From an uncultured delta proteobacterium (GTDB lineage: Bacteria; Myxococcota; Kuafuiibacteriia; Kuafuiibacteriales; Kuafuiibacteriaceae): 64,000 nucleotides of DNA. Positions 49,692-60,780 of this stretch are shown piece after piece. Positions within the stretch are counted from its first letter, which is position 1. Each line of letters starts with the position of its first letter. The DNA is taken from positions 832,001 through 896,000 of the forward strand of contig CAWDML010000001.1 in assembly GCA_963803435.1 (NCBI GenBank). Reading direction: 5' to 3'. The position numbers and the translations under genes were made by a program. The notes beneath the pieces are model-generated. The model saw only the letters and a list, made by a program, of their open reading frames with translations, was not told where the DNA came from and made no database searches.

Positions 49692-52600
49692 CGCTCGTCC
49701 TCCACGGCACGCTGCTCGAGGCTCGCCAGCTGCTCGTAGTGACGCCACCGATCGTCGATGTCCTTCTGCGCCAGCTCGAGCAGATGATTCGACCGCTCCC
49801 GATCCTTCAGCGCGAGCATCGCGAATCGCGCCTCCTTCATCGCGAACGACTTGAACGGAACGGACGGCTTCTTACCGTCGAGGTGGAACTCCGGCACCCG
49901 CGGGTCGAAGTGATAGAGGGGCCAGTAACCGCTCTTGGCCGCCTCCTTCTGGTGCGACATCGACTCGGTCATGTCGATCCCGTGCGCGATGCAGGTGCTG
50001 TAAGCGATGATGAGCGAGACACCGGGATAGGACTCGGCGTCGGTCAGCGCCTTGATGGTCTGGTTCGGTGAGGCGCCCAGCGCGACCTGCGCCACGTAGA
50101 CGTTCTGATAGGCCATCGCGATCATTCCCAGGTCCTTCTTCCCGATCGACTTTCCCTGCGCCGCGAACTTCGCGATCGCGCCGCGGGGCGTCGCTTTCGA
50201 GGCCTGACCTCCGGTGTTGGAGTAGACCTCGGTGTCGAGCACGAGAATGTTCACGTTCCTCCCGGACGCGAGGATGTGGTCGAGACCGCCGAAGCCGATG
50301 TCGTACGCCCATCCGTCGCCGCCGACGATCCACACCGTCCGCGGCACCAGGTGGTGAGCGATCTGGCGCAATCGCACCGAGTCCGGGTCGCCTCCGAGCG
50401 TCCCGGTGAGCGCCTCGATCCGTCCCCGCTGGGCGACGATCGACTCGTCCGTGCCGGTCGGAGCGGCCAGGATCTCGCGCGCCAGGTCCGAGTCGATGCG
50501 CTCGATCAGCATCCTCGCCTCGCCGGCCAGGTGGTCCACCGCCAGCCGCATGCCCAGGCCGAACTCGGCGTTGTCCTCGAAGAGGCTGTTCGCCCACGCC
50601 GGGCCGCGACCGTCCTGGTCCTTCGCCCAGGGCGTCGTGGGGAGGTTGCCGCCGTAGATCGACGAGCAGCCGGTGGCGTTGGCGACGACCAGCCGATCTC
50701 CGAAGAGCTGCGTCAGCAGCTTGAGATACGGCGTCTCTCCACAGCCCGCACACGCGCCCGAGTACTCGAACAGCGGATCGACGAGCTGCGAGCCCTTCAC
50801 GGTGTCGAGCCGGACCGCGGCGCGAGACATCGACGGCAGCGCGAGGAACGCGTCGAACCGCTCGCGCTCTCGATCGAGGTGAACCGTCTTGTCCTCCATG
50901 TTGATCGCCTTGTGGCGGACGGCCTCCTTGCTCTTCGCCGGGCACACCTCGACGCAGACCCCGCAACCCGTGCAATCGTCGGGCGCCACCTGGATCGACA
51001 TGGCGAGGCCGGTCCCTGCCTCCTTCCCCTTCCACTCCAGCGACGGAAGCTCGATGGTCTTCGCGCCCTCCGGATACGCCTTCATCCGGATCGCAGCGTG
51101 CGGACACACCAGCGGACACAGCCCGCACTGGATGCAGATGTCCGGATCCCAGATGGGGATCTTCTCGGCGATGCTCCGCTTCTCGTAGCGCGCCGTCCCA
51201 GTGGTGAACGTGCCGTCGATCGGCATCGCGCTCACCGGCAGCAGGTCGCCGCGCCCCTCGAGGATCATCGAGGTCACGCGCTTGACGAAGTCGGGCGCGT
51301 CCTCCGGGACCCGCCGCCGCCTCCTCCGTCCGTCTCCGGCGGCCGCCGGCACCTGCACCTCCTCGAGCGCGGCCATCGCCGCGTCGATCGCCGCCACGTT
51401 CCGGGCGACGATCGCGTCGCCCCCCTTCGCGTAGCTCTTCCTCACGGCGCCCCGGATCGCATCGATCGCACGCTCCCGAGGCAGCACGTTCGAGAGCGCG
51501 AAGAAGCAGGTCTGCATCACGGTGTTGATGCGCCCCTTGAGCCCGGCCTCGCGGGCGATCCGGTGCGCGTCGATCACGAAGAACCTGAGCCTCTTCTCGA
51601 CGACCTGCTCGCGCACCTCGAGCGGCAGCCGGCTCCAGACCTCGTCCCGGCCGTAGGGAGACTCGAGGAGGAACGTCGCGCCCTCGGCCGCGACGGAGAG
51701 GACGTCCATCTCCTCGACCAGGTGGAACTGGTGACACGCCACGAAGTGGGCCTGCTGGATCAGGTACGTCGAGGCGATCGGTCGCTTGCTGAAGCGCAGG
51801 TGGGAGACGGTGACGGCTCCCGACTTCTTGGAGTCGTAGACGAAGTACCCCTGGGCGAACAATCCGTCTCGTCACCGAGAATCTTGACGCTGTTCTTGGT
51901 CGCGCCCACGGTTCCGTCGCTGCCGAGACCGTAGAACACCGCGCGCGTGACGCCCTCTGACTCGGCCTCGGGCTGTCGATCCCAGGCGAGGCTGGTGTCG
52001 GTGATGTCGTCGGTGATCCCGACCGTGAAGCCGTGCTTCGGCCGGGTCCGGCGAAGCTCGGCGAAGACGGCCGCGATCATGCTCGGGGTGAGCTCCTTCG
52101 ACGAGAGCCCGTAGCGACCGCCCACCACCCGCACGTCCGATCCCGCCAGCGCGGCGGCCACGTCGAGGAAGAGCGGCTCGCCGGGGGCGCCCGGCTCCTT
52201 GGTCCGATCCAGGACGGCCACGCTTCGGACGGATCTCGGGAGCGCCTCCACCAGCGCGGCCACGTCGAAGGGCCGATACAGCCGGACTGCGACGAGCCCG
52301 ACCTTCTCTCCTGCGTCGACCAGCCGATCGATCGCCTCCCGGGCCGCTCCCAGCCCGGACCCCATCATCACCACCACGCGCTCGGCATCGGCGGCGCCGT
52401 AGTAGTCGAACAGCCGGTAGCGTCTCCCGGTGAGCTCGGCGAACCGATCCATGGCAGCCTTCACGATCCGCGGAAGCGCCAGATAGAAGGGGTTGATCGC
52501 CTCGCGCGCCTGAAAGAACACGTCCGGGTTCTGCGCCGAGCCCCGCAGGACCGGTCGATCGGGATCGAGCGCGCGACCGCGGTGGGCGCGGATCTGCTCC

Positions 52601-53193
52601 TGGTCGATCATCGCCTCGATCGTGCTCCGGTCGATCTCGGCGATCTTGTTGATCTCGTGTGAGGTGCGGAAGCCGTCGAAGAAGTGGAGAAACGGGATCC
52701 GACCGGACAGCGTCGAGGAGTGCGCGATCAGCGCCAGGTCGTGCGCCTCCTGGACCGAGCTCGAGGCGAGCATCGCGAACCCGGTGCTGCGCGCCGCCAT
52801 GACGTCGCTGTGATCACCGAAGATCGAGAGCGCATGCGTGGCGATGGTCCGCGCCGCCACATGGATGACCATGGGCGTGAGCTCTCCCGCGATCTTGAAC
52901 ATGTTCGGGATCATCAGGAGCAGGCCCTGCGACGCGGTGAAGGTGGTGGCGAGGGAGCCGGCCTGGAGCGCGCCGTGGACGGCCCCCGCGGCCCCGCCCT
53001 CGCTCTGCATCTCGATCACCGAGGGGACCGTGCCGAAGAGGTTCTTCTTCCCCTTCGCCGCCCAGGCGTCGGAGAGCTCCCCCATCGGCGAGGCGGGTGT
53101 GATCGGATAGATGGCGATGACCTCGGAGGTCGCATACGCAATCCGCGCCGCAGCCTCGTTACCGTCGAGCGTGACGTACATCGGGACCGACAT
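49688..53193 (-). CDS. nifJ: Pyruvate:ferredoxin/flavodoxin oxidoreductase; frameshift at about 51862
   Basis: YPITP, EMQSEGGAAG, FDGFRTSHE, GLGSDGTVGA.KN, YDSKKSG, two ferredoxin motifs, EYSGACAGCGE, GGDGWAYDIG. Confidence 0.96.
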
Positions 53194-53302
53194 TCGCAAG
53201 CTTCGTGCCCGCCTCCTGCCTCGCTCGAAGCAGGACCTCGACCGGCCTCGGTAACCGTGAGTCGGGGCGGCGTACCGGTCGGTGACGTTGGGGGCTTCGA
53301 TC

Positions 53303-54583
53303 TCAGACGGCGCGGGCGTGCGTGGCGACGGGATCGAGGTGGGCGTCGAAGACCATGGCGACGTTCCGGACGAAGCGCCGTCCGCGCAGCGTGACGCGGA
53401 CGGAGCGTGCGTCGAGCTCGACCAGGCCGTCCCGCTCGAGCTCGGCCAGGCGCGCGCGCTCGCGCTCGAACTCCGGTCCCACGCGTGAGAAGAGGTTGCA
53501 CATGAGGTCGGCGATGATCGCGCCGCGGCGGTCGTCGTCGCCGGTCCGGAGGAGTCCGCGCTGGGTGGCGAACCGGCCGGACCCGATGGCGGCGTAGTAC
53601 TTGGCCAGCGCGACCTCGTTCTGCGCGAACGCACCGCCCACGTCGGAGATCGCGCTCGCGCCGACGCCGATCACCTGCGACTCGTCGGTCGTGTAGCCCT
53701 GGAAGTTGCGCCGCAGCCGTCCGGCCCGGCTCGCGATCGCGAGGGCGTCGTCCGGCCGTGCGAAGTGATCCATCCCGACGAACTCCCAGCCGAAGGACGT
53801 CAGCGTGCGGACCGCCTGTTCGAAGAGCGCGAGCTTCTCCTGGCCCTCGGGGAGCAGCGCGAGCCGTCGCTGATGCGGCTTCAACGTGGGGACGAACGCC
53901 ATGGCAAAGACCGCGATCCGATCGGGCGCCAATCGCACCACCTTCTCGAGCGTCGCCCCCCACGACTCGGCGGTCTGATGCGGCAGGCCGTAGATGACGT
54001 CGAAGTTGACGCTCTCGAGCTCGAGCCGCCGGGCCGCCTGAAGGAGCACCTCCGTCTGCTCGAGGGGCTGCTCGCGGCCGATCGCCTCCTGGACGCGCTC
54101 GTCGAAGTCCTGCACGCCCATCGAGATCCGGGTGAAGCCGAGGCGCCGCAGGAGCTCGAGCTGTCCAACCGACGTCACCCGCGGGTCGATCTCGATCGAG
54201 AGATCCCCGCCGAGGTCGAACCGGTCGGCGATCGCTCGGAAGACGCGCTCCAGGCGGGGCTCGTCGAGGAACGTCGGCGTCCCGCCACCCCAGTGCATCG
54301 CGGTGAGCGTGCGCCGCCGTCCGAGGGCGTTCGCCACCAGGCGAAGCTCCTCCTCGACGTGGTCGAGGTACCGATCGGCGGTACTGGCCTGCTTCGCCAC
54401 TGCGACGTTACAGCCGCAGAACCAGCAGCGCTCACGACAGAACGGGATGTGCAGATAGAGCGAGACCGGATCCCCGGCCCGCTCGAGCGCGCTTCGATGA
54501 TCGTCGCAGCCGAAGGCCGACGACCACGCGGGTACGGTGGGATAGCTGGTGTACCGAGGTGCCGGAACATCGTATGCGATCAT
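53303..54583 (-). CDS. hemN: Oxygen-independent coproporphyrinogen III oxidase (radical SAM)
   Basis: PRYTSYPT, YLHIPFCRERCWFCGC, HWGGGTPT, GMDHFA, RNFQGY. Confidence 0.95.
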   Translation of the reverse strand: MIAYDVPAPRYTSYPTVPAWSSAFGCDDHRSALERAGDPVSLYLHIPFCRERCWFCGCNVAVAKQASTADRYLDHVEEELRLVANALGRRRTLTAMHWGGGTPTFLDEPRLERVFRAIADRFDLGGDLSIEIDPRVTSVGQLELLRRLGFTRISMGVQDFDERVQEAIGREQPLEQTEVLLQAARRLELESVNFDVIYGLPHQTAESWGATLEKVVRLAPDRIAVFAMAFVPTLKPHQRRLALLPEGQEKLALFEQAVRTLTSFGWEFVGMDHFARPDDALAIASRAGRLRRNFQGYTTDESQVIGVGASAISDVGGAFAQNEVALAKYYAAIGSGRFATQRGLLRTGDDDRRGAIIADLMCNLFSRVGPEFERERARLAELERDGLVELDARSVRVTLRGRRFVRNVAMVFDAHLDPVATHARAV

Positions 54584-54590
54584 GGCTTCC

Positions 54591-54983
54591 TCACAGCGCG
54601 AGTCGGAGAAAGTCGGCCTCGGTGAGGATGCCCACCAGTCGCTCGTTCTCGATCACGGGGAGGCATCCGTACTTCAAGCTGAGCATCGTCCGCGCCGCGT
54701 AGGAGAGATCGAGATCCGGGTCGACCGTGTACGGAACGACCGTCATGACGTCCTCGACCTTCATCTGGTCGAGGTAGCCTCGCTGGTTGTCCAGCGAGGT
54801 CTCGGCCAGCGCCTGCCGCAGCAGGTCCCGCTGGGTGATGAGCCCGCGGAGCCGACCCTTCCGATCGACAACCGGAAGGTGTCGGATCGCGAGCGCAGAC
54901 ATCTTGTCGAGCGCCGTTCCGAGCGAATCGCTCGGGTTCAGGGTCTCGACCGGAGACGACATCAGATCACGAATTCTAGCCAT
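54591..54983 (-). CDS. CBS-domain pair protein
   Basis: IRDLMS, IRHLPVVD, GLITQRD, GCLPV, GILTEADF. Confidence 0.92.
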   Translation of the reverse strand: MARIRDLMSSPVETLNPSDSLGTALDKMSALAIRHLPVVDRKGRLRGLITQRDLLRQALAETSLDNQRGYLDQMKVEDVMTVVPYTVDPDLDLSYAARTMLSLKYGCLPVIENERLVGILTEADFLRLAL

Positions 54984-55063
54984 TCGGGTCCTCAGTGCAG
55001 GCCGCGTGCCCGAGGGCCGGCCCTCCTCACGGCCCGCGACCGTCCGGGATCGGTAACAGCAGG

Positions 55064-55489
55064 CTACTCGCTCGCTTCGACGAGGTGCCGCACGAAGTCC
55101 GATTCCGTGATGATGCCGACCAGCTCCTCGCCGCCGACGACCGGCAGGCAGGAGAACTTGTTCTCGAGCATCATCCGCCCCGCGTCGCTCAGGTCGGTCT
55201 CGGGCTCGACGGTGCACGGCACGACCGTCATGATCTCCTCGATCCGGACGCCGCGCAGATATTCGCGCTGGGCGGAGACCGGCAGCTCACTCGCGCCCGC
55301 CAGCGCGTTTCGAAGCAGATCGCGCTCGGAGAGCAGGCCGACGACGTCCCCGACCTCGTCCACCACTGGAACGTGTCGAAAGTGCATCTCGTCCATCAGG
55401 TCCCACGCCGCCAGCGCCGTGTCCGTCGCCGATAGGGCACGCACCGACTCGGTCATCAAATCGCGCACCTTCAGCTTTTTGGCCTTCAT
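55064..55489 (-). CDS. CBS-domain pair protein (tandem paralog)
   Basis: VRDLMT, FRHVPVVD, GLLSERD, SCLPV, GIITESDF. Confidence 0.92.
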   Translation of the reverse strand: MKAKKLKVRDLMTESVRALSATDTALAAWDLMDEMHFRHVPVVDEVGDVVGLLSERDLLRNALAGASELPVSAQREYLRGVRIEEIMTVVPCTVEPETDLSDAGRMMLENKFSCLPVVGGEELVGIITESDFVRHLVEASE

Positions 55490-55654
55490 ACCAGCGATGC
55501 GCGTGCACTCGGCATGCCGCCGCACCTCACCGGCGAGGACCGGCACCCCATTCCCCCGCCGTAACCTCCCGCGTGACCTCGTCACGGGATGGAGACGTAC
55601 GTTTGATGACCCCACCTCTTTCTCCCTGGCACGACTCTTTCAGCAGCCGGGCTC

Positions 55655-56108
55655 GTGAAGAACGTCGCGCTCGCCCTCCCGGCCGTGCTCCTGCTCGCCT
55701 GCGCCTGCGCGTCGGAGCGAAAGCTCCCCGCGCCCGGCCATCTCCCTGAAACCGCGCGCGAGCTGATCCACGAGCGCATGATGAGCCACGGCGACGACAT
55801 GTCCGATTCTCCTGTGGGCCACGCTCTTCCTCGACGACGAGAGCGTGAAGGACATCGCCGAGCACCTCCAGTCGGGCCCGCGCTTCGCCCGGCCGATCTC
55901 GGGCGACGCCACCGAGCTCAACAGCCTGCTGCCCGCCGAGTTCTTCGCCCTGCAGGACGAGCTCAGGAGCCAGGCCGACGAGCTCGCCGAGAGCGCCAGC
56001 CGGAAGGACTATGAGGCGATGGCCGCAGCGTACGGTGCGCTGACCCAAACCTGCGTACGCTGCCACTCGATCTATCTCGCGTCACCGCCGGTGGCTCGAG
56101 GGAGGTGA
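55655..56108 (+). CDS. Cytochrome c'-like monoheme helical lipoprotein; frameshift at about 55807
   Basis: Lipobox-like LLAC; helical; C-terminal CVRCH; one-T removal at GATTC 55805 joins the two ORFs. Confidence 0.78.
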
Positions 56109-56141
56109 CGTAGAGCCGCGAACGCCGTATGCCGGCAAGCG

Positions 56142-58019
56142 ATGGATTGGCAGCAGCGATTTCAGTCCAAGCGCTCCACCCTTCGCGAAGCCGTCGGCCT
56201 GATCCCGAAGGGGAAGCACGTCTTCATCGGCTCGGGGGCGGCGATTCCGGCGGGCCTCGTCGAGGAGATGGTGGCGCAGGAGGCTCGGTTTGCGGATAAC
56301 ACGATCGTCCACATCCTGACGCTCGGCCCCGCACCCTACGTCGAGGAGCGCTACGCGGGCAGGTTTCGTCATAACGCGATCTTCATCGGTGCCAACGTTC
56401 GCACGGCGGTACACGAAGGGCGCGCCGACTACTCACCGGTCTTCCTCTCACAGATTCCAGACCTGATGCGCAGCCGGCGACTGCCGATCGACGTCGCGCT
56501 GATCCAGGTGACACCTCCCGACCGCTTCGGGTTCGCGAACCTGGGCGTCTCCGTCGACGTCGTGCTCGCCGCGATCGAGTCCGCCAAGCTGGTGATCGCC
56601 GAGGTGAACCCGATGATGCCGGTGGTGCGCGGAAGCGGCTACATCTCGGTGGATCGGATCGACGCGTGGGTCGACCGCGAGGCGCCTCTGCCGGTGCACG
56701 AGCGCGAGCCCATCGACGACATCTCCAGCGAGATCGGGCGCCACGTCGCGACCCTGATCGCGGACGGCGCGACCCTCCAGCTGGGTATCGGCCAGATCCC
56801 GGACGCGGTCGCCGCGGCGCTGCTCCACAAGAAGGATCTCTCCATCTGGACCGAGATGATGCCCGAGGGCGTCCTCGATCTGATCGAGAACGGGAACGTG
56901 ACCGGCAGGTTCAAGACCATCGATCCGCGCAAGGTCTCCGCCTCCTTCACCTTCGGTAGCAAGCGGCTCTACGACTTCATCGATCAGAACCCGCTGCTCT
57001 CGTTTCAGCCCTCGGACTACATCAACAACCCGATCCGCATCTCCGAACAGCATCAGATCGTCGCCGTGAACAGCGCGCTCCAGATCGACGTGACCGGACA
57101 GGTTTGCTCCGACTCGATCGGCACCAAGTTCTACTCGGGCATCGGCGGTCAGGTGGACTTCATCCGCGGCGCCTCGATGTGCCGCGGCGGTCGTCCGATC
57201 ATCGCGGTCCGCTCGACAGCGCGTGAAGGCACCTTGAGCCGGATCGTCGCCACGCTCGACGACGGCGCCGGCGTCGTGACCTCCAGAGGAGACGTACACT
57301 ACGTGGTCACCGAGTACGGGGTCGCGGATCTGCACGGCCGCAGCATCCGCGAGCGCACGAACGCACTGATCGCGATCGCGCATCCCGACTTCCGGGCTGA
57401 GCTCCTCTCGCTCGCGAAGGCCCAGCGCTACGTCTTTGCCGATCAGCCGGCCCCTCGCACGACCTACCGCTGGCAGCACGAGCTCCGCTTCCAGGCGCGG
57501 AACGGCGCGGAGCTGCTCCTGCGTCCCATCCGCGAGATCGACGAGCAGCGGATGCGCGACCTCTTCTACAGCCTGTCCGAGAGCACCGTCTACAAGCGAT
57601 GGTTTCGCGTCGTCCCGCGACTACTGCGGGCGGATCTGCTCGGCTACCTCGACGTCGATGATCGAGACAACGTGGCGATCATCGCGGAGACGCAGACGGA
57701 AGACAGCGAGCCGGAGATCGTCGCGGTCGGGCGCTATCACAACGACCGGGCCTCGAACTATGCAGAGGTCGCGTTCGAGGTCCGCGACGACTGGCAGAGG
57801 CAAGGGATCGGCACGGCGCTGTTGCGCCACCTGATCGAGATCGCGAAGCAGAGCGGCATCGACGGTCTGACGGCCGAGGTCCTCGCCACCAACACCGAGA
57901 TGATGCGCGTCTTCCACAGGTCGGGGCTCGAGGTGAGCTCGATCCTCTCGGGCCAGGGTTACGAGGTGACGATGCCCTTCGGTCGGGAGGTCAATCACCC
58001 GGTCGGGTCTCGCGGGTGA
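56142..58019 (+). CDS. Acetyl-CoA hydrolase/CoA-transferase fused to a C-terminal GNAT domain
   Basis: LQLGIG.IPDA, NSALQID.TGQV..DSIG..YSG.GGQVDF.RGA, VVTEYG, IAHPDFR; AEVAF.V.DDWQRQGIG. Confidence 0.93.
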   Translation: MDWQQRFQSKRSTLREAVGLIPKGKHVFIGSGAAIPAGLVEEMVAQEARFADNTIVHILTLGPAPYVEERYAGRFRHNAIFIGANVRTAVHEGRADYSPVFLSQIPDLMRSRRLPIDVALIQVTPPDRFGFANLGVSVDVVLAAIESAKLVIAEVNPMMPVVRGSGYISVDRIDAWVDREAPLPVHEREPIDDISSEIGRHVATLIADGATLQLGIGQIPDAVAAALLHKKDLSIWTEMMPEGVLDLIENGNVTGRFKTIDPRKVSASFTFGSKRLYDFIDQNPLLSFQPSDYINNPIRISEQHQIVAVNSALQIDVTGQVCSDSIGTKFYSGIGGQVDFIRGASMCRGGRPIIAVRSTAREGTLSRIVATLDDGAGVVTSRGDVHYVVTEYGVADLHGRSIRERTNALIAIAHPDFRAELLSLAKAQRYVFADQPAPRTTYRWQHELRFQARNGAELLLRPIREIDEQRMRDLFYSLSESTVYKRWFRVVPRLLRADLLGYLDVDDRDNVAIIAETQTEDSEPEIVAVGRYHNDRASNYAEVAFEVRDDWQRQGIGTALLRHLIEIAKQSGIDGLTAEVLATNTEMMRVFHRSGLEVSSILSGQGYEVTMPFGREVNHPVGSRG

Positions 58020-59004
58020 GCGCGACGCCGATATTCGGAGGTCGAACGTCGAGGAGGCTTCCACCCACCGCGTAGAGTCGACCGGTGGTGCCGAACAACG
58101 CGTGAACCGTGAGGAAGGTCGGGCTCTCCTCCTCGGTGACCGAGAGCGTGTCGAAGTCGAGCTTGGCGAGCGTGCCCTGGTCACCGCCGATGTGCGCTGT
58201 GTTGGGGTCGCCCATCCACACGCCGTTGAGACCGGGCAGGGGGGCCAGCGATTGATGTCGCCACGTCGAGCCGTCGAACGTGACCACATGACCGTTGTCG
58301 CGGCCGCCGATCACGGCGATCCGGTCCGGTCCGGTGCCCCAGAGGGAGATCAGATCCTCGTTCGTCCCCGACTCGATCGCCGTCCAGGTGGAGCCGTCCC
58401 AGTGCGCGAGCACACCGCGCTGCCCGACGGCGTAGACGTTGTTCGAGGCCGTACCCCAGACCTTGAAGTACGCGAACACGTTCGGATGGGAGGCCGTCGG
58501 CGTCGAGCTCTTGGTCCAGTTGTGCCCGTCGAAGTGAAGGATGGTGGGATCCTGATCGGTGTGCCCCTGTCCTCCGACCGCCCAGACATCGTCCGGCGCG
58601 GCGCCCCACACACCCCACAACGTCTGGTCCGTGGGCGTGTCCATCTTGGTGAACTTCGCGCCGTCGAAGTGGAGGATCGTTCCGTTCGAGCCCGCGAAGA
58701 AGACATCGTCCGGCCCGAAGCCGAAGCACCAATTGAGCAACGGGACGTCCAGCCCGAGGTCGACCTGGTTCCAGGACGCACCGTCGAACTGCATCACGAC
58801 GCCCTCCTCCGGAGCGCCGCCGACCGCATAGAGGTCGTCCGCCGACGGTCCCCACGCGGACAGGAACCACCCCACATCCGCGGCTGGAAAGGCCTCCGTC
58901 CAGACCGGGGGAACCTCACCATCGCCGTCGGTCGCGCTCTTGCTGCAAGCCGCGACGGCGAGCATCAGCGCCGTCCCAGCGATCCAGCCCGCGATGCGTC
59001 TCAT
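57991..59004 (-). CDS. Beta-propeller lipoprotein (WG...D.WAVG..G.ILHFDG..W repeats)
   Basis: Lipobox VAAC; about seven repeats. Confidence 0.85.
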   Translation of the reverse strand: MRRIAGWIAGTALMLAVAACSKSATDGDGEVPPVWTEAFPAADVGWFLSAWGPSADDLYAVGGAPEEGVVMQFDGASWNQVDLGLDVPLLNWCFGFGPDDVFFAGSNGTILHFDGAKFTKMDTPTDQTLWGVWGAAPDDVWAVGGQGHTDQDPTILHFDGHNWTKSSTPTASHPNVFAYFKVWGTASNNVYAVGQRGVLAHWDGSTWTAIESGTNEDLISLWGTGPDRIAVIGGRDNGHVVTFDGSTWRHQSLAPLPGLNGVWMGDPNTAHIGGDQGTLAKLDFDTLSVTEEESPTFLTVHALFGTTGRLYAVGGSLLDVRPPNIGVALTRETRPGD

Positions 59005-59116
59005 GGAGCTCATCGGTTCGAAGGCTTCGTATTGAATCAGAAAAAACGAGCCGCGTCTTTGAACGTCCGTCCCGGTGTCGTTGCGGAGACCGTCTCGAGC
59101 CAGTAGCGTTCTGGCC

Positions 59117-59638
59117 ATGCACTGGCGTGCGCTCTTGATGCTGACCCTCGCCGCGTGCACCCCGTCCGAGCCGCAGGTCGATCCGACTCCCGATGCGTCC
59201 GAGCCCGACTCGGGCGAAGCACCGACGGTCGAGATCGGGACCGGACAGGACGACTTCGTTCCCCTGACCGAAGGCGAGCTCGTCCCCCTCAACCAGGGCA
59301 CCCAGGGCGGCGGCCGCTTCCTCGGCTATCACATCTGGAGCGCGGTCCGCGCCAAGGGCTTCGAGCCCAAAGACGCCCTCCTCGAGTTCGTGTTCGTCGA
59401 CTCGACCGGCACCGAGCAAGCGCGCCAGTCACGGCAGCTCACGCTGCTGGCCAGCGGCGACGCCTTCATCGCCTACGGCTTCGCGCCGAGGATCCAGGAC
59501 TGCTGCGCGGTCTCCAACCAGGCCGTGACGATGCAGGTCCGGCTCGAGGACGGCGCCGGTCTGGTGGGCAGCGACGAGCGCACGGTCATGGCGGGTCCCT
59601 GCGTCGAGGTGAACAGCGGACAGCTCGTCTGCCCCTGA
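59117..59638 (+). CDS. Hypothetical lipoprotein
   Basis: Lipobox LAAC; EIGTG...G.QGG...HIW. Confidence 0.75.
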   Translation: MHWRALLMLTLAACTPSEPQVDPTPDASEPDSGEAPTVEIGTGQDDFVPLTEGELVPLNQGTQGGGRFLGYHIWSAVRAKGFEPKDALLEFVFVDSTGTEQARQSRQLTLLASGDAFIAYGFAPRIQDCCAVSNQAVTMQVRLEDGAGLVGSDERTVMAGPCVEVNSGQLVCP

Positions 59639-59663
59639 GTCGGTCCCATGATTGCGGACACTG

Positions 59664-60776
59664 ATGGCGCCAGCTGACCGGCGGAGGCGGTTCCCGATCG
59701 GGATCTCGCTGGCGATCCTCGGCGGATGCGCTGCACATCGGCCGGTCCAGGAGCCCCGCTACCCGCCCGACGTGGTGCGCGCGCTGATCGTTCGCCTTCT
59801 CCCTGCAAAGGCGGCCGACCGAGAGGGCTGGGCGACCGACATCGATGCCGCGTTCGCGGCGCTCGACCTCGAGCCCACGCCAGAGAACCTGTGCGCGACG
59901 GTCGCGGTGACCGAGCAAGAGTCGTCGTTCGCCGTCGACCCGATCGTACCGGGATTGGGCAAGATCGCGCGGGCCGAGATCGATCGCCGCGCCCAACGAA
60001 TCGGTGTGCCGAAGTTGATCGTGCGCGCCGCCCTGCTCCTCGAGTCCCCCAGCGGGAAGAGCTACGGCGAGCGGCTCGACGCCGTGCGCACCGAGAAGGA
60101 GCTCAGCCGCCTCTTCGAGGACTTCATCAGCGAGGTTCCGATGGGCCAGAAGCTCTTTGGATCCTCGAACCCGGTGCACACGGGCGGGCCCATGCAGGTG
60201 AGCGTCGCCTTCGCCGAACAGCACGTGCGCGAGCATCCGTATCCCTATCCGCTCCACGGATCCGTACGCCACGAGGTCTTCAGCCGGCGGGGCGGACTGT
60301 ACTTCGGCATCGCCCATCTGCTCGGCTACCGGGCCGCCTACGACCGGCCCCTGTACCGCTTCGCCGACTTCAACGCGGGCTGGTATGCGAGCCGGAACGC
60401 GGCCTTCCAGATGGCGGTCAGCGCCGTCTCGGGCGTCTCGCTCGCGCTCGACGGCGACCTGGTCCGATACGACAGCGACGAGCCGGGCGCCACCGAGCGG
60501 GCGGTTCGTACCCTCGCCGCTCGCCTCGACCTGAGCAACGCCGAGATCCACCGTGCGCTGGAGAAGGGAGGAACCGCGGCCTTCGAGCGGACGTCGCTCT
60601 ATGAGCGGCTCTTCGCGCTCGCCGAGCGGGCGGCGCACCGGCCCCTCCCCCGCGCGACAGTTCCGCGCATCGCCCTCGAGAGCCCGAAGATCACCCGGAA
60701 GCTCACCACCGAATGGTTCGCCAACCGCGTCGACCAACGCTACCGGAGATGCTTGGCCAAGATCGGCGACTCCTGA
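59664..60776 (+). CDS. DUF1615/YaiW-family lipoprotein
   Basis: EQESSF.VDP.VPGL, NPVHTGGPMQVS.AFA, YRFADFNAGWYASRNAAFQ, SPKITRKLTTEWFA. Confidence 0.92.
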   Translation: MAPADRRRRFPIGISLAILGGCAAHRPVQEPRYPPDVVRALIVRLLPAKAADREGWATDIDAAFAALDLEPTPENLCATVAVTEQESSFAVDPIVPGLGKIARAEIDRRAQRIGVPKLIVRAALLLESPSGKSYGERLDAVRTEKELSRLFEDFISEVPMGQKLFGSSNPVHTGGPMQVSVAFAEQHVREHPYPYPLHGSVRHEVFSRRGGLYFGIAHLLGYRAAYDRPLYRFADFNAGWYASRNAAFQMAVSAVSGVSLALDGDLVRYDSDEPGATERAVRTLAARLDLSNAEIHRALEKGGTAAFERTSLYERLFALAERAAHRPLPRATVPRIALESPKITRKLTTEWFANRVDQRYRRCLAKIGDS

Positions 60777-60780
60777 GCGC

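Noticed and set aside
49688-53193. PFOR as a true pseudogene or two separate genes
   Set aside because: All motifs are intact and the single break falls at a restorable GATC like other frameshifts, so a sequencing error is more likely.
55603-55616. FNR box
   Set aside because: Only the TTGAT half-site is present; ATCAA is missing.
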